The notes under the pieces were generated by a model. That model was given only the letters and a program-made list of their open reading frames with translations. It made no database searches and was not told where the DNA came from. DNA of 64,000 nt from Myxococcota bacterium. GTDB taxonomy: Bacteria; Myxococcota_A; UBA796; CAJQPC01. The stretch lies in NCBI GenBank assembly GCA_036229005.1, contig JAZAMN010000004.1, positions 64,001-128,000 of the forward strand. The letters run 5' to 3'. Position numbers and translations under genes: made by a program. Below are positions 28,040-37,272 of this stretch, piece after piece (positions within the stretch are counted from its first letter, which is position 1; every line of letters begins with the position of its first letter).

Positions 28040-28771
28040 TCAGGGCTGCCCGGGCGCCTGCAGGTGACGCTCCATCCACGCCTTCGCGAAGGCCACCCCC
28101 TGGGCCGCGGGGATGCAGTGGCTCGGTGCGTTCCCGACTCGTCCTTGGCTGGCCAACCCGGCCGCGAGCAGCTCTCTGAGGATGAGGGAGAAGTAGTCCG
28201 GGCCCTCCCAGGGACGGATCCCCACCTCGTCGTCCAGGCAGCGCACACAGATCTCGCGGCACCCTCCCGCCGGCGAGGTCACCCGCACCCGGTGCTCGGT
28301 CCGCCGCTTGTCGCTGACCTCCGCCAGGTACTCCGCGTGGTGGAACAGGGTCGTGGTGTCCTCGTCGGCGCCCATCCGCAGCACCTTGCCGCCGACCGCC
28401 ACCAGGCGCTCAAGCGGTGAGCCCGGGCCGTAGTAGTCATCCAGCGGTGGCTCCTCCACGAGCGCCTCAGCCCGGGCCCCCCAGGCGCCCATCCTGGTGA
28501 TGGGGTGCGCGTTCAGGATCACCCCGGGCCGGGTGCGGAAGACCTCGGAGAGCACGCCCAGCTCATCCCAGGCGGGGCTGGTCTGGGGGTGAAAGGGAGG
28601 CTCCTCGGGGGCGCAGATGAGCATCAGCAGGCTGCCTTTGGGCCCGATGGTCTGCTGCAGTGCGTCCAGGAGTTCGTCTGCGCGGCACCCCACCGCGCGC
28701 ATGGAGGCGTGGAGCATCAGGGTGTCGCCGGGGACGACGCCGAGGGCGCGGAGCTGGGCGGGAAGAGGCAT
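28040..28771 (-). CDS. Aminoglycoside 3-N-acetyltransferase (AAC(3)) family protein
   Basis: LRALGVVPGDTLMLHASMRAVG, GVLSEVFR, HP...WGARA, YGPGSPLERL, TTLFHHAEY. Confidence 0.85.
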   Translation of the reverse strand: MPLPAQLRALGVVPGDTLMLHASMRAVGCRADELLDALQQTIGPKGSLLMLICAPEEPPFHPQTSPAWDELGVLSEVFRTRPGVILNAHPITRMGAWGARAEALVEEPPLDDYYGPGSPLERLVAVGGKVLRMGADEDTTTLFHHAEYLAEVSDKRRTEHRVRVTSPAGGCREICVRCLDDEVGIRPWEGPDYFSLILRELLAAGLASQGRVGNAPSHCIPAAQGVAFAKAWMERHLQAPGQP

Positions 28772-28898
28772 GGGGCCAAGGATGCGGTGAGCGGAGGGTT
28801 GTTTCAGCCTGTCAAGGCAGCGCCACAGGATCCTGGCATGGATCGTGCGCGCACCTGCGTGCGGACGAGGTATGGAGGGCCCCCACGAGAGGTTCCCC

Positions 28899-31157
28899 AT
28901 GCTGCTCCTGCTCTCCCTGCTCGCTTGCAAGGACGCCACCCAAGACACCGCCCCGCTGTTCGCTGACGCGGATCAGGACGGCTTCAACGCCGCGGACGAC
29001 TGCGACGACGACAACGCGTCGGTCTACCCCGGGGCCAGCGAGGTCTGCGACGGCCTGGACAACGACTGCGATGGGACGGCCGACAACGGCGCCAGCGACG
29101 CGGTGGTCTGGTACCAGGACGCCGACGGCGATGGCTTCGGCGACACAGACGCCACCCTGGAGGCCTGCACGGTGCCCGCCGGCTACTCGGCCGTGGCTGG
29201 GGACTGCGATGACAGCAGCATCTACATCAACCCCGGCGCGGTGGAGGACGACTGCACCGACCCCGTGGACTACAACTGTGATGGGTCAGTGGGCTACGCG
29301 GACGCCGACGGCGACGGAGTCCCCGCGTGTGAGGACTGCGACGACAGCGACGCGGCGCGGCTCCCCGGTGGGGTCGAGATCTGTGATGAGTTGGACAACG
29401 ACTGCGACGGGCAGGTCGACAACGACGCCAGCGACGCTTCGACCTGGTACATCGACCACGACACCGATGGCTTCGGCTCCAGCGACTACACCCTGGCCGC
29501 CTGCGCCCAGCCCTTGGGCTACGTGGACAACGACCAGGACTGCGACGACAACGCGGAGCAGGCCTTCCCCGGCGGGGTCGAGGTTTGTGATGGCTTGGAC
29601 AACGACTGCGACGGGAACATCGACCCGGCCAGCGCCTCCGACGCGGCCACCTGGTACGCGGACAACGACAGCGATGGCTTCGGCGACCCCAGCACCACAC
29701 AGATCGCCTGCGAGGAGCCCACCGGCTATTCGGCCGACGCCTCGGACTGCGACGACAGCGACGCGGACGTGAACCCGGACGGGACGGAGCTCTGCGACGG
29801 TCAGGACAACGACTGTGATGGGGACACGGATGAGGACAGCGCGGCGGACGCCAGCACCTGGTACATCGACTACGACTCCGATGGCTACGGCAGCAGCAGC
29901 TACAGCTTGAGGGGCTGCGAGGCCCCCAGCGGCTATGTGTCCACCACCACAGACTGTGATGACACCGACAGCTCGGTGAACCCTGTCGCCAGCGAGGTCT
30001 GTGATGGCGTGGACAACGACTGTGACGGGGTGACCGACCCGACCAGCGCCGTGGACGCCGGGACCTGGTACCTGGACGCGGATCTGGACGGCTACGGGGA
30101 CGCGGGCACCAGCTACACCGGCTGCGAGCAGCCCAGCGGCTACCTGGAGGACGACTCGGACTGCGATGACGCCGACAGCGCCGTGAGCCCGGACGCCGAG
30201 GAGGTCTGCGACAGCGTGGACAACAACTGTGATGGGACCGTGGACGAGGACAGCGCCACGGACGCGTCGACCTGGTACCTGGACAGCGACGGGGACGGCT
30301 ACGGCGACGCCAGCGCCACGACCGCAGCCTGCGACCAGCCCAGCGGCTACGTCTCGGATGACACGGACTGTGACGACAGCGACAGCAGCGTGGGGAACTG
30401 CTACGACTGCGACGTGACGGCGCTGGGCTCGCCCAGCTACCAGACCAGCCGGAGCCTCACCTACGGTCAGTGGATGCAGGATCCCCTGGAGACCCTGGGC
30501 AGCGGGATCGTGTGGGAGATGTCCCACTACACGGGCTCGACGGTGACGGAGTACCCCAGCCTGGCGGACTTCCAGGCGCAGACCAGCGGCACGACGACCA
30601 CGCTGCCCTACGCGTTCAACGGCACCGGCGCCACCGTGTATGACGGCTATCTGTACTACAACGCCGAGAACAGCAACACGCTGGTCGAGGTCGACCTGGC
30701 CACCGGGGCGGTGAACAGCACCCTGACCCTGACGGGCGCGGGCTACCGCAACACCTACCACTACCAGTGGGGCGGCTGGTCGGACATCGACTTCGCGGTG
30801 GACGAGAACGGCCTGTGGGTGATCTACGCGACCGCCGCAAACAGCGGCCGCATCGTGGTCTCCAGCCTGGACACCCAGCCCCTGTCGGTGGTGGACACCT
30901 GGAACACGAACTCGGACACCAAGACCAGCGTCGGCAACGCGTTCATGGTCTGTGGCGTGCTCTACGCGTCGGACCGGTACAACGGCTCCAGCACCACGCT
31001 GGACTACAAGTACGACACCGCGGACTCCACGGACAGCGCCATCAGCATCTCCTTCTCCCAGAACGGCTACAACAGCCACATGGAGTACAACCCGGCCACG
31101 GGGGAGATCCGGAGCTGGGACAACCGGCAGCTCTACACCTACGCCGTCAGCTACTGA
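28899..31157 (+). CDS. Lipoprotein with 7+ MopE-type putative metal-binding repeats and a C-terminal olfactomedin (OLF) domain
   Basis: Lipobox MLLLLSLLAC; repeats DCDD....PG..E.CDG.DNDCDG; C-terminal GQWMQDP, GTGATVYDG, WGGWSDIDFAVDENGLWVIYAT, GNAFMVCGVLY, EYNP...WDN. Confidence 0.88.
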   Translation: MLLLLSLLACKDATQDTAPLFADADQDGFNAADDCDDDNASVYPGASEVCDGLDNDCDGTADNGASDAVVWYQDADGDGFGDTDATLEACTVPAGYSAVAGDCDDSSIYINPGAVEDDCTDPVDYNCDGSVGYADADGDGVPACEDCDDSDAARLPGGVEICDELDNDCDGQVDNDASDASTWYIDHDTDGFGSSDYTLAACAQPLGYVDNDQDCDDNAEQAFPGGVEVCDGLDNDCDGNIDPASASDAATWYADNDSDGFGDPSTTQIACEEPTGYSADASDCDDSDADVNPDGTELCDGQDNDCDGDTDEDSAADASTWYIDYDSDGYGSSSYSLRGCEAPSGYVSTTTDCDDTDSSVNPVASEVCDGVDNDCDGVTDPTSAVDAGTWYLDADLDGYGDAGTSYTGCEQPSGYLEDDSDCDDADSAVSPDAEEVCDSVDNNCDGTVDEDSATDASTWYLDSDGDGYGDASATTAACDQPSGYVSDDTDCDDSDSSVGNCYDCDVTALGSPSYQTSRSLTYGQWMQDPLETLGSGIVWEMSHYTGSTVTEYPSLADFQAQTSGTTTTLPYAFNGTGATVYDGYLYYNAENSNTLVEVDLATGAVNSTLTLTGAGYRNTYHYQWGGWSDIDFAVDENGLWVIYATAANSGRIVVSSLDTQPLSVVDTWNTNSDTKTSVGNAFMVCGVLYASDRYNGSSTTLDYKYDTADSTDSAISISFSQNGYNSHMEYNPATGEIRSWDNRQLYTYAVSY

Positions 31158-31259
31158 GGGCGGCCGGTACCGAGCAGTGACATGGGGGGGCAGCTCGGGG
31201 CCCCGGTTTGCGCGCCGGGGGCCAGGATGTGATGTGGCCGAACGATTTGGAGGCTTGCT

Positions 31260-32738
31260 TTGTCACTCTTGGATCCCCCCTTGGAGCACTGGCTCACCGC
31301 GAACGGGGATCACCGTCAGCTCCTGGACCCCGAGACGGGGCTGACCCGCTACCGCACCTCGAACGCCCCCAGGCCGGGCATCCCCCTGGGCTCCTGCACG
31401 GCGTCCTGGCCCTCGGAGCGCGGCTTCGCGATGGGGCAGTCGGTCCTGCAGCGCATGCGCGGGCTGCCGGATGGCCACCAGGCTGTGGAGGGGGAGTGCC
31501 GTCGCCTGCGCCCCCGTCTGCGGCGGGTCTTCGAGATGGATGAGGGCCCGGCGATGGTCCTGGCCCCCTCCGGCACCGATGCGATCTACATGGTCAGCGC
31601 GGTGCTGCTGGCGCGGCCTGGGATCGACAGCGTGCACCACATCGTCGTCGGCGCCTCGGAGCTGGGGAGCGGGACCGTCCGGGCGTCTCGCGGGCTGACC
31701 TTCTCCACCCACACGCCCTTTGGGGGAGAGGTGGCTGTGGGGCACCCGGTGGCTGGGCTTGCACCCCGCTGCACCGCGGAGCCCGCATACCTTCGAGAGG
31801 AGGACGGAGACGAGGTCACCCTGGAGCAGATCGACGCCCAGGTCGGCGCGCGCGCCCGCGAGGTGGTCGCCCAGGGCCGCGCGGTGCTGGTCCACCTGGT
31901 CGCGCACTCCAAGACCGGGCTGCGGGCGCCCTCCCTGCAGGCCATGGTGGCGCTCAAGCAGGAGCTGGGGGAGCGCTTCCACGTCATGGTGGACGCCGCC
32001 CAGGGGCGCATCAACCCCGCGGACCTGCGCTTGGCGCTCGCCCAGGACTTCATGGTGCTGTGGACCGGGTCCAAGTTCTACGGCGGCCCGCCTTTCTCGG
32101 GCCTGCTGGTGCTCCCGCCGGCGCTCGCGTCGGACCCCGGACCGCTCCCGCCGGGGATGGCCGCCTGGTTCTCCCGCGCCGACCTGCCGGCCCACTGGAG
32201 CAGCGCCCGCGCCAGCCTGCCCACCGAGTCCAACCCCGGACTGCTGCTGCGCTGGATCCTGGCCCTGGCCGAGATGGAGGCCTACCACGAGGTCCCGGTG
32301 GTGCGCCGCAGCCGCGTCTACCACACCTTCGCGGGGGCGGTGGTCGAGTGCTTCGGGGCCACCCCGGTGCTCCGGCTGAACCTGCAGCGGCCCCCCGGAC
32401 ACCGGCTCGCGGGCGGCCTGGGGGCCTACCCCAGCGTGTTCTCCTTCGCGGTGCTGGGTCCTCAGGGGCGCCTGGACAGCCAGCAGCTCCGGGCGCTCTA
32501 CGTGGACCTGGATCGGGACCTCTCCGGGCGGGACCCGCGCCTGCGCACCCGCTTCCACCTGGGACAGCCGGTCTCGCTGGGGCCGCCCGATGTGGACAAC
32601 GCCTCGGTGCTGCGGGTGGCGCTGGGAGCGCGCCTGGTCACCGAGCACCACGCTGAGCCCGACGCCGGCGCGGCCTGGTTCCGCCACCGCTTCACCGAGC
32701 TGCGCACGCAGATCGAGCTGCTGGTGGAGGGCGTATGA
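31260..32738 (+). CDS. Uncharacterised PLP-dependent (fold-type I-like) protein
   Basis: PSGTDA, VDAAQGR, TGSKFYGGPPFSG (candidate PLP lysine). Start codon uncertain. Confidence 0.65.
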   Translation: MSLLDPPLEHWLTANGDHRQLLDPETGLTRYRTSNAPRPGIPLGSCTASWPSERGFAMGQSVLQRMRGLPDGHQAVEGECRRLRPRLRRVFEMDEGPAMVLAPSGTDAIYMVSAVLLARPGIDSVHHIVVGASELGSGTVRASRGLTFSTHTPFGGEVAVGHPVAGLAPRCTAEPAYLREEDGDEVTLEQIDAQVGARAREVVAQGRAVLVHLVAHSKTGLRAPSLQAMVALKQELGERFHVMVDAAQGRINPADLRLALAQDFMVLWTGSKFYGGPPFSGLLVLPPALASDPGPLPPGMAAWFSRADLPAHWSSARASLPTESNPGLLLRWILALAEMEAYHEVPVVRRSRVYHTFAGAVVECFGATPVLRLNLQRPPGHRLAGGLGAYPSVFSFAVLGPQGRLDSQQLRALYVDLDRDLSGRDPRLRTRFHLGQPVSLGPPDVDNASVLRVALGARLVTEHHAEPDAGAAWFRHRFTELRTQIELLVEGV

Positions 32739-33982
32739 GCTGGGGTGAGCCGGTCTCGCTGGAGCGCGTGCAGCAGGGGCTGGAGCTGGCCCGCAGCCTG
32801 GGGTGGTGGGGGCCTGAGCACCGCCGCCTGCTCTTCCACGACCTGCAGCGGGTGACCGCGCACATCGGGGAGTTGCGCGCCGCCTTCCCGGACGACGCGG
32901 TGCACGGCGTCGCCATCAAGGCCAACCCCCTGGTGGAGCTCCTGCGCGTGATGGTGGAGGCGGGCGCCGGCCTGGAGGCCGCCTCCTGGGAGGAGGTCCA
33001 GTGCGCCGTGGCGGCGGGCTGCCCCGGGGACCGCATCATCTTCGACTCCCCCGCCAAGTCCACCGCCGAGCTGGAGCAGGCGCTGGAGCTGGGCGTGTGG
33101 CTGAACACCGACAACGAGGCCGAGCTGCAGCGGGTGGCGGCGTTGGGCCCCAGGTCGGCGCGGATCGGCCTGCGGGTGAACCCCCAGATCGGGGCGGGCC
33201 GAATCGGCATCACCTCCACCGTGGGCAAGGGCTCCAAGTTCGGGGAGCCGCTGCAGCGCGCGGGTGAGCTGGCTCAGCGCTATCCATTCCTCACTGGGCT
33301 GCACGTGCACACGGGGTCGCAGGGCTGCGGGTTGGAGTTGTTGGGCAAGGCAGCCCAGGCCACCGACCAAGCCGTCTCGGACCTGGGCCTGCAGTGGCTG
33401 GACGTGGGTGGCGGGCTCCCCGTTCGCTACACGGCGGCGGATCCGGAGCCCCCGACGGTGCAGGACTGGGCGGATGCGCTCAGCGGGCTGGACTCCTGGG
33501 GCAAGCGACCCATCCTGACGGAGCTGGGGCGCTCGCTGCAGGCGGGCTCGGGCTGGGCGGTCTCCCGCATCGAGGCGGTCAAGGAGGTCGCCGGGCGCCC
33601 GCTCTATGTGGTGCACCTGGGCGCGGACTTCCTGCTGCGGCGGGTCTACCGGCCGGACGACTGGGATCACCGGATGGTGGTGCTGGATCCCCAGGGCCGC
33701 CCCAAGTCCGGGCGCGTCCAGGCCGACGTGGGCGGGCCGCTGTGCTTCTCCGGTGACCTGCTGGCGCGGGATCGGAGCCTGGCCCCCGCCGAGCCGGGCG
33801 ACCTGCTGCTGATCCGCGACACCGGCGCCTACACGCTGTCCATGTGGTCTCGGCACTGCAGCCGCGCCCAGCCCCCCGTGTTGGGTCTGTGGTCGGACCG
33901 CGCGCAGCCGCTCTTTGCCGGAGAGAGCGTCCAGGACGTGGTGCGGGCGTGGTCACTGCAGCCGGGGACGCCCGCTCCCTGA
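32735..33982 (+). CDS. Diaminopimelate/ornithine decarboxylase family (fold-type III PLP)
   Basis: AIKANP, LHVHTGSQG, LDVGGGL, TELGRSL, GPLCFSGD, DTGAY. ATGA overlap with the upstream gene. Confidence 0.85.
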   Translation: MSWGEPVSLERVQQGLELARSLGWWGPEHRRLLFHDLQRVTAHIGELRAAFPDDAVHGVAIKANPLVELLRVMVEAGAGLEAASWEEVQCAVAAGCPGDRIIFDSPAKSTAELEQALELGVWLNTDNEAELQRVAALGPRSARIGLRVNPQIGAGRIGITSTVGKGSKFGEPLQRAGELAQRYPFLTGLHVHTGSQGCGLELLGKAAQATDQAVSDLGLQWLDVGGGLPVRYTAADPEPPTVQDWADALSGLDSWGKRPILTELGRSLQAGSGWAVSRIEAVKEVAGRPLYVVHLGADFLLRRVYRPDDWDHRMVVLDPQGRPKSGRVQADVGGPLCFSGDLLARDRSLAPAEPGDLLLIRDTGAYTLSMWSRHCSRAQPPVLGLWSDRAQPLFAGESVQDVVRAWSLQPGTPAP

Positions 33983-34909
33983 TCAGGGCTCCAGGGCGAC
34001 AAATCCCTCCCGGGTGGTCTCCAGGGCCAGGGTGCGCATCCAGCGGTGGCCCGGGTCCCGGTGGCTGCGCTCGTGCCAGATCATGCGGATGGGCAGCATC
34101 GGGAGGGGCAAGGGGGGCGGGAGGGCCACCAGCCCGGGGACCTGCGCGGCCGCCCACTGGGCCAGGGAGCCGCTCATGAGCATGACCAGGTCCGAGCGCG
34201 CGATGATGTGGGGGGCCGCCAGGAAGTGCCCCACCCGGACGGCGATGCGGCGCTCCAGCCCCAGCTCTCTGAGGTGGAGGTCGATGGGGTTCGGTCCGTG
34301 CTCGCCGGTGCTCACCACCATGTGTCGGGACCGCACCCACACCCCGAAGGGATCCTCGGCATCGACGAGGTCATGCTGGCGGGAACAGAGCAGCCCCCAG
34401 GGCTCCTGACCCACCAGCCGCGTCCGGTAGCCGGCCTGCGCGGGGAGCTGCGGGCCGCCCACCCAGAGGTCCAGAGCGCCCGTGGCCAGGTCCTGGAGGT
34501 TCTGCTCGGTGCGGAGGCCGGGGCGGTGGAAGCTGATCTGGAGTCCGGGGGCCTGCTCCTGCACCCGGGCCATCAGGTGGGGGAGCACAAAGAGCTCGCC
34601 CATGTCGACGCTGGCCACCCGAAAGTGGCGCTGGGTCTGGGCGGGGACGAACTCCTGGCCCACCAGCAGGGCCTGCTCGAGCTGCTCCAGGGCGGTGCGC
34701 AGCGGCGTCTGCAGGGCCCGGGCGCGCTCCGAGAGGTCCAGGCCGCCGCCCGCGGGGACCAGGAGCGGGTCCCCCAGGGTGTCCCGCAGCTTCTTGAGGC
34801 GCTGGCTCATGGCCGACTGGGAGACGTGCTGCTCGCGGGCGGCGGCGGTGACGCTCTTGAGGCGCAGCAGGGCCTCCAGGCTGGGGAGCAGGGCGGGGTC
34901 GACCTTCAT
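33983..34909 (-). CDS. LysR family transcriptional regulator
   Basis: SVTAAAREQHVSQSAMSQRLKKLRDTLGDPLL HTH; WHERSHRDPGHRWMR. Confidence 0.92.
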   Translation of the reverse strand: MKVDPALLPSLEALLRLKSVTAAAREQHVSQSAMSQRLKKLRDTLGDPLLVPAGGGLDLSERARALQTPLRTALEQLEQALLVGQEFVPAQTQRHFRVASVDMGELFVLPHLMARVQEQAPGLQISFHRPGLRTEQNLQDLATGALDLWVGGPQLPAQAGYRTRLVGQEPWGLLCSRQHDLVDAEDPFGVWVRSRHMVVSTGEHGPNPIDLHLRELGLERRIAVRVGHFLAAPHIIARSDLVMLMSGSLAQWAAAQVPGLVALPPPLPLPMLPIRMIWHERSHRDPGHRWMRTLALETTREGFVALEP

Positions 34910-35021
34910 GGTGGGGCCTGGGGTGCGAGGGGGTATCAGCAAGGCTGATGTTGAAGTGTAGATGAAGTAGTAGCGCTTTTTGTGCTGGGCGGGTTCCAAT
35001 GGGATGCGAGCTGGAGAGAGC

Positions 35022-35348
35022 GTGCCCATCTGGATCCTGACGGCCTGCCTGGGGCAACAGAAGCCCCGTGAGAGCGCGCCTTTCGAGCGTATGGCGCCGG
35101 CCTGCGAGGCGGGGGTGGTGACCCAGGTGCTGGACGCCGGGAGCTATCGCTACCTGGCCTACGAGACCCCGGCTGGAGAGGCGCGCTGGATCGCCACCCT
35201 GGCGCTGGGGGCCGAGCCCGCGCTGGGCAGCGCCCATGACTTTGTGCGCTACGGCCAGGAGCAGGGGTTCCACTCCGCTCGCCTGGACCGGAGCTTCAAC
35301 CTGCTGTTCTTCGGATTCTCCGGAGACTGTGAGACCCTGGAGGGATGA
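35022..35348 (+). CDS. Small hypothetical lipoprotein (OB-fold-like)
   Basis: GTG after GGAGAG; VPIWILTAC lipobox; GVVTQVLDAGSYRYL...WIA...FHSARLDRSF. Confidence 0.55.
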   Translation: MPIWILTACLGQQKPRESAPFERMAPACEAGVVTQVLDAGSYRYLAYETPAGEARWIATLALGAEPALGSAHDFVRYGQEQGFHSARLDRSFNLLFFGFSGDCETLEG

Positions 35349-35349
35349 G

Positions 35350-35856
35350 ATGAGAGCGACCCTTGGCCTGCTGGCCCTGAGCACCCTGAGCGCCTGCGCG
35401 TACACCGAGGACGGCTGGGTCTTCCAGCCCTTCCAGGGCCCCGGATACACCCTGGAGGAGGGCCTGGTCCTGGAGACCGACGCCGACACCACCTACATCG
35501 CGGCGGCCACCTACCTGCCCGTGGCGCGCGACCAGCTCTCCCTCTTCGATGACCGCATGGCGCCCATCATCGACGAGATGGAGGCCGGCCCCGAGGGGCT
35601 GGTGGGCTACAGCCTGGGGCAGAAGATGGTGGGCAAGGAGTACCGCACCCTCACGGTCTGGGAGGACGAGGAGGCGATGGTCCAGTGGGCCATGAGCGAG
35701 CACCACCTGGCCGCCATCGGCGACGCGGGGCGGATCCGGGACCCGGACAAGACGCCGCTGATCGTGGTCTGGGAGGTCTCGCCGGATGCGCTGCCCGTGG
35801 ACTGGGCGGAGGTCATGGAGCGCACCGACAGCGACGGCGAGTCCCGGGGCTACTGA
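35350..35856 (+). CDS. Lipoprotein with an ABM/DUF3291-like dimeric alpha-beta barrel
   Basis: LSTLSAC lipobox; GLVGYSL, RTLTVWEDEEAM..WAMSEHHLAAI. Confidence 0.65.
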   Translation: MRATLGLLALSTLSACAYTEDGWVFQPFQGPGYTLEEGLVLETDADTTYIAAATYLPVARDQLSLFDDRMAPIIDEMEAGPEGLVGYSLGQKMVGKEYRTLTVWEDEEAMVQWAMSEHHLAAIGDAGRIRDPDKTPLIVVWEVSPDALPVDWAEVMERTDSDGESRGY

Positions 35857-35865
35857 GGGGCTCGG

Positions 35866-36795
35866 CTACTCCACCCGCTCGCGCTCGGGGGTCGGGGCCA
35901 GGCCCTCCCGCGCTCGCCATGCCGCCTGGATCTGCTCGGTGGTCTGGCGGGAGCCGTCGTGGGACCAGCCGGGGGGGCCGAACACGTAGCCCAGGCGCTG
36001 GCCCAGGCTCAGGCCAGGCTGCAGGGCGTCCTGGGTGAGGGCGATGAGCTCGTGGAAGGCGATGCGCAGCGGGTTGTAGGTCGCGATGTTCTTGACCAGC
36101 CCGTAGCGCACCGGCTCGCTGTCTTGCTCGGCCACGAAGGTGCCCAGCAGGCGGTCCCAGATGATGAAGGTGCCGCCGTAGTTGGCGTCCAGGTAGCGGG
36201 GGTTGGCCCCGTGGTGGACGCGGTGGTGGCTGGGGGTGTTGAAGATGAACTCGATGGGGGCGGGCAGCCGGCGGATGGTCTCGGTGTGGATCCAGTACTG
36301 GTAGACCAGGTTGATGCCGCCCAGGAACACCAGCATGGTGGGGTGCATGCCAAAGAGCAGCACCAGGGGGGCGCGCAGCAGGAAGGAGCCGTTGAAGGGG
36401 CCGTTCCACTCCTGGCGCAGGGCGGTGCTCAGGTTGTAGTGCTGGCTGGAGTGGTGCGTGACGTGGCCCCACCACCACCAGCGCATGCGGTGGGCCATGC
36501 GGTGGAAGATGTAGTAGCGGAGGTCGTCGATCACAAAGGCCAGCGCGAACCAGGGCCAGCTCCAGCCCCAGTCCATCAGGCGGTAGGGGTAGAGCGCGAC
36601 CAGCACGCCGTAGGAGATGAACCCGAACCCGATGCCGATGGCCAGGTTGCCCGCGCCCATGGCCAGGGAGGCGGCGGTGTCCCGGGTGTCGTAGCGGGCG
36701 CGGCCAGTGCGCACGCCGACCAGGATCTCCAGGGCCATGCTCAGGATGAAGAAGGGGACGGCCAGCGCGACGACGTCGGGGAGCTCAGGCGGCAT
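35866..36795 (-). CDS. Sterol desaturase / fatty-acid hydroxylase family (alkylglycerol monooxygenase-like)
   Basis: His boxes FHRMAH, HVTHHSS.YNLSTALRQ, WIHTE, TPSHHRVHH; NYGG..IIWDRL.GTF. Confidence 0.9.
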   Translation of the reverse strand: MPPELPDVVALAVPFFILSMALEILVGVRTGRARYDTRDTAASLAMGAGNLAIGIGFGFISYGVLVALYPYRLMDWGWSWPWFALAFVIDDLRYYIFHRMAHRMRWWWWGHVTHHSSQHYNLSTALRQEWNGPFNGSFLLRAPLVLLFGMHPTMLVFLGGINLVYQYWIHTETIRRLPAPIEFIFNTPSHHRVHHGANPRYLDANYGGTFIIWDRLLGTFVAEQDSEPVRYGLVKNIATYNPLRIAFHELIALTQDALQPGLSLGQRLGYVFGPPGWSHDGSRQTTEQIQAAWRAREGLAPTPERERVE

Positions 36796-37207
36796 GGCGG
36801 CCTCCGAGCTGCTGGAGGCGGGCGTGCCAGGGGGCGAGGGTCTCCGGGGGAGCGGTGATCTGTCGGGGGGCCCAGGCGGGGTCCTGCATGCGGATCGTCA
36901 GGGTGTCGCCGGCCAGCTCCAGGCGGGCCAGGGGACCGAGCTCCCGGGCGGCGGCGTGGCGCTCCATGGACCAGGCGATGCCCAGGCTGCCGTCCTGGAA
37001 GCGCAGCAGCGCGGTGTGGCGGTCGGCGGAGATCAGGGACTCGGCCAGCGCCTTGCCGGGGAGCTGCTCGGCCAGGGTGTGGTCCAGGGTGGGATCGTCC
37101 AGGGTGACCTGCGCGCTGCCGCCGTGGAGGTGGGCCAGCAGGATGGCGAGCGGCACACCAGTGGCCACAAGTCCCAGCAACCACTCCAGGGGCATCTCCA
37201 GGGCCAC
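36785..37207 (-). CDS. Hypothetical membrane-anchored protein
   Basis: N-terminal hydrophobic helix; overlaps the desaturase start. Confidence 0.6.
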   Translation of the reverse strand: MALEMPLEWLLGLVATGVPLAILLAHLHGGSAQVTLDDPTLDHTLAEQLPGKALAESLISADRHTALLRFQDGSLGIAWSMERHAAARELGPLARLELAGDTLTIRMQDPAWAPRQITAPPETLAPWHARLQQLGGRHAA

Positions 37208-37272
37208 GCCGCACCTCGCCTGCGGACCCAGTGTAGCGGGGGGAAGGGGCTATCGTGTCCGAGAGGTGAACC

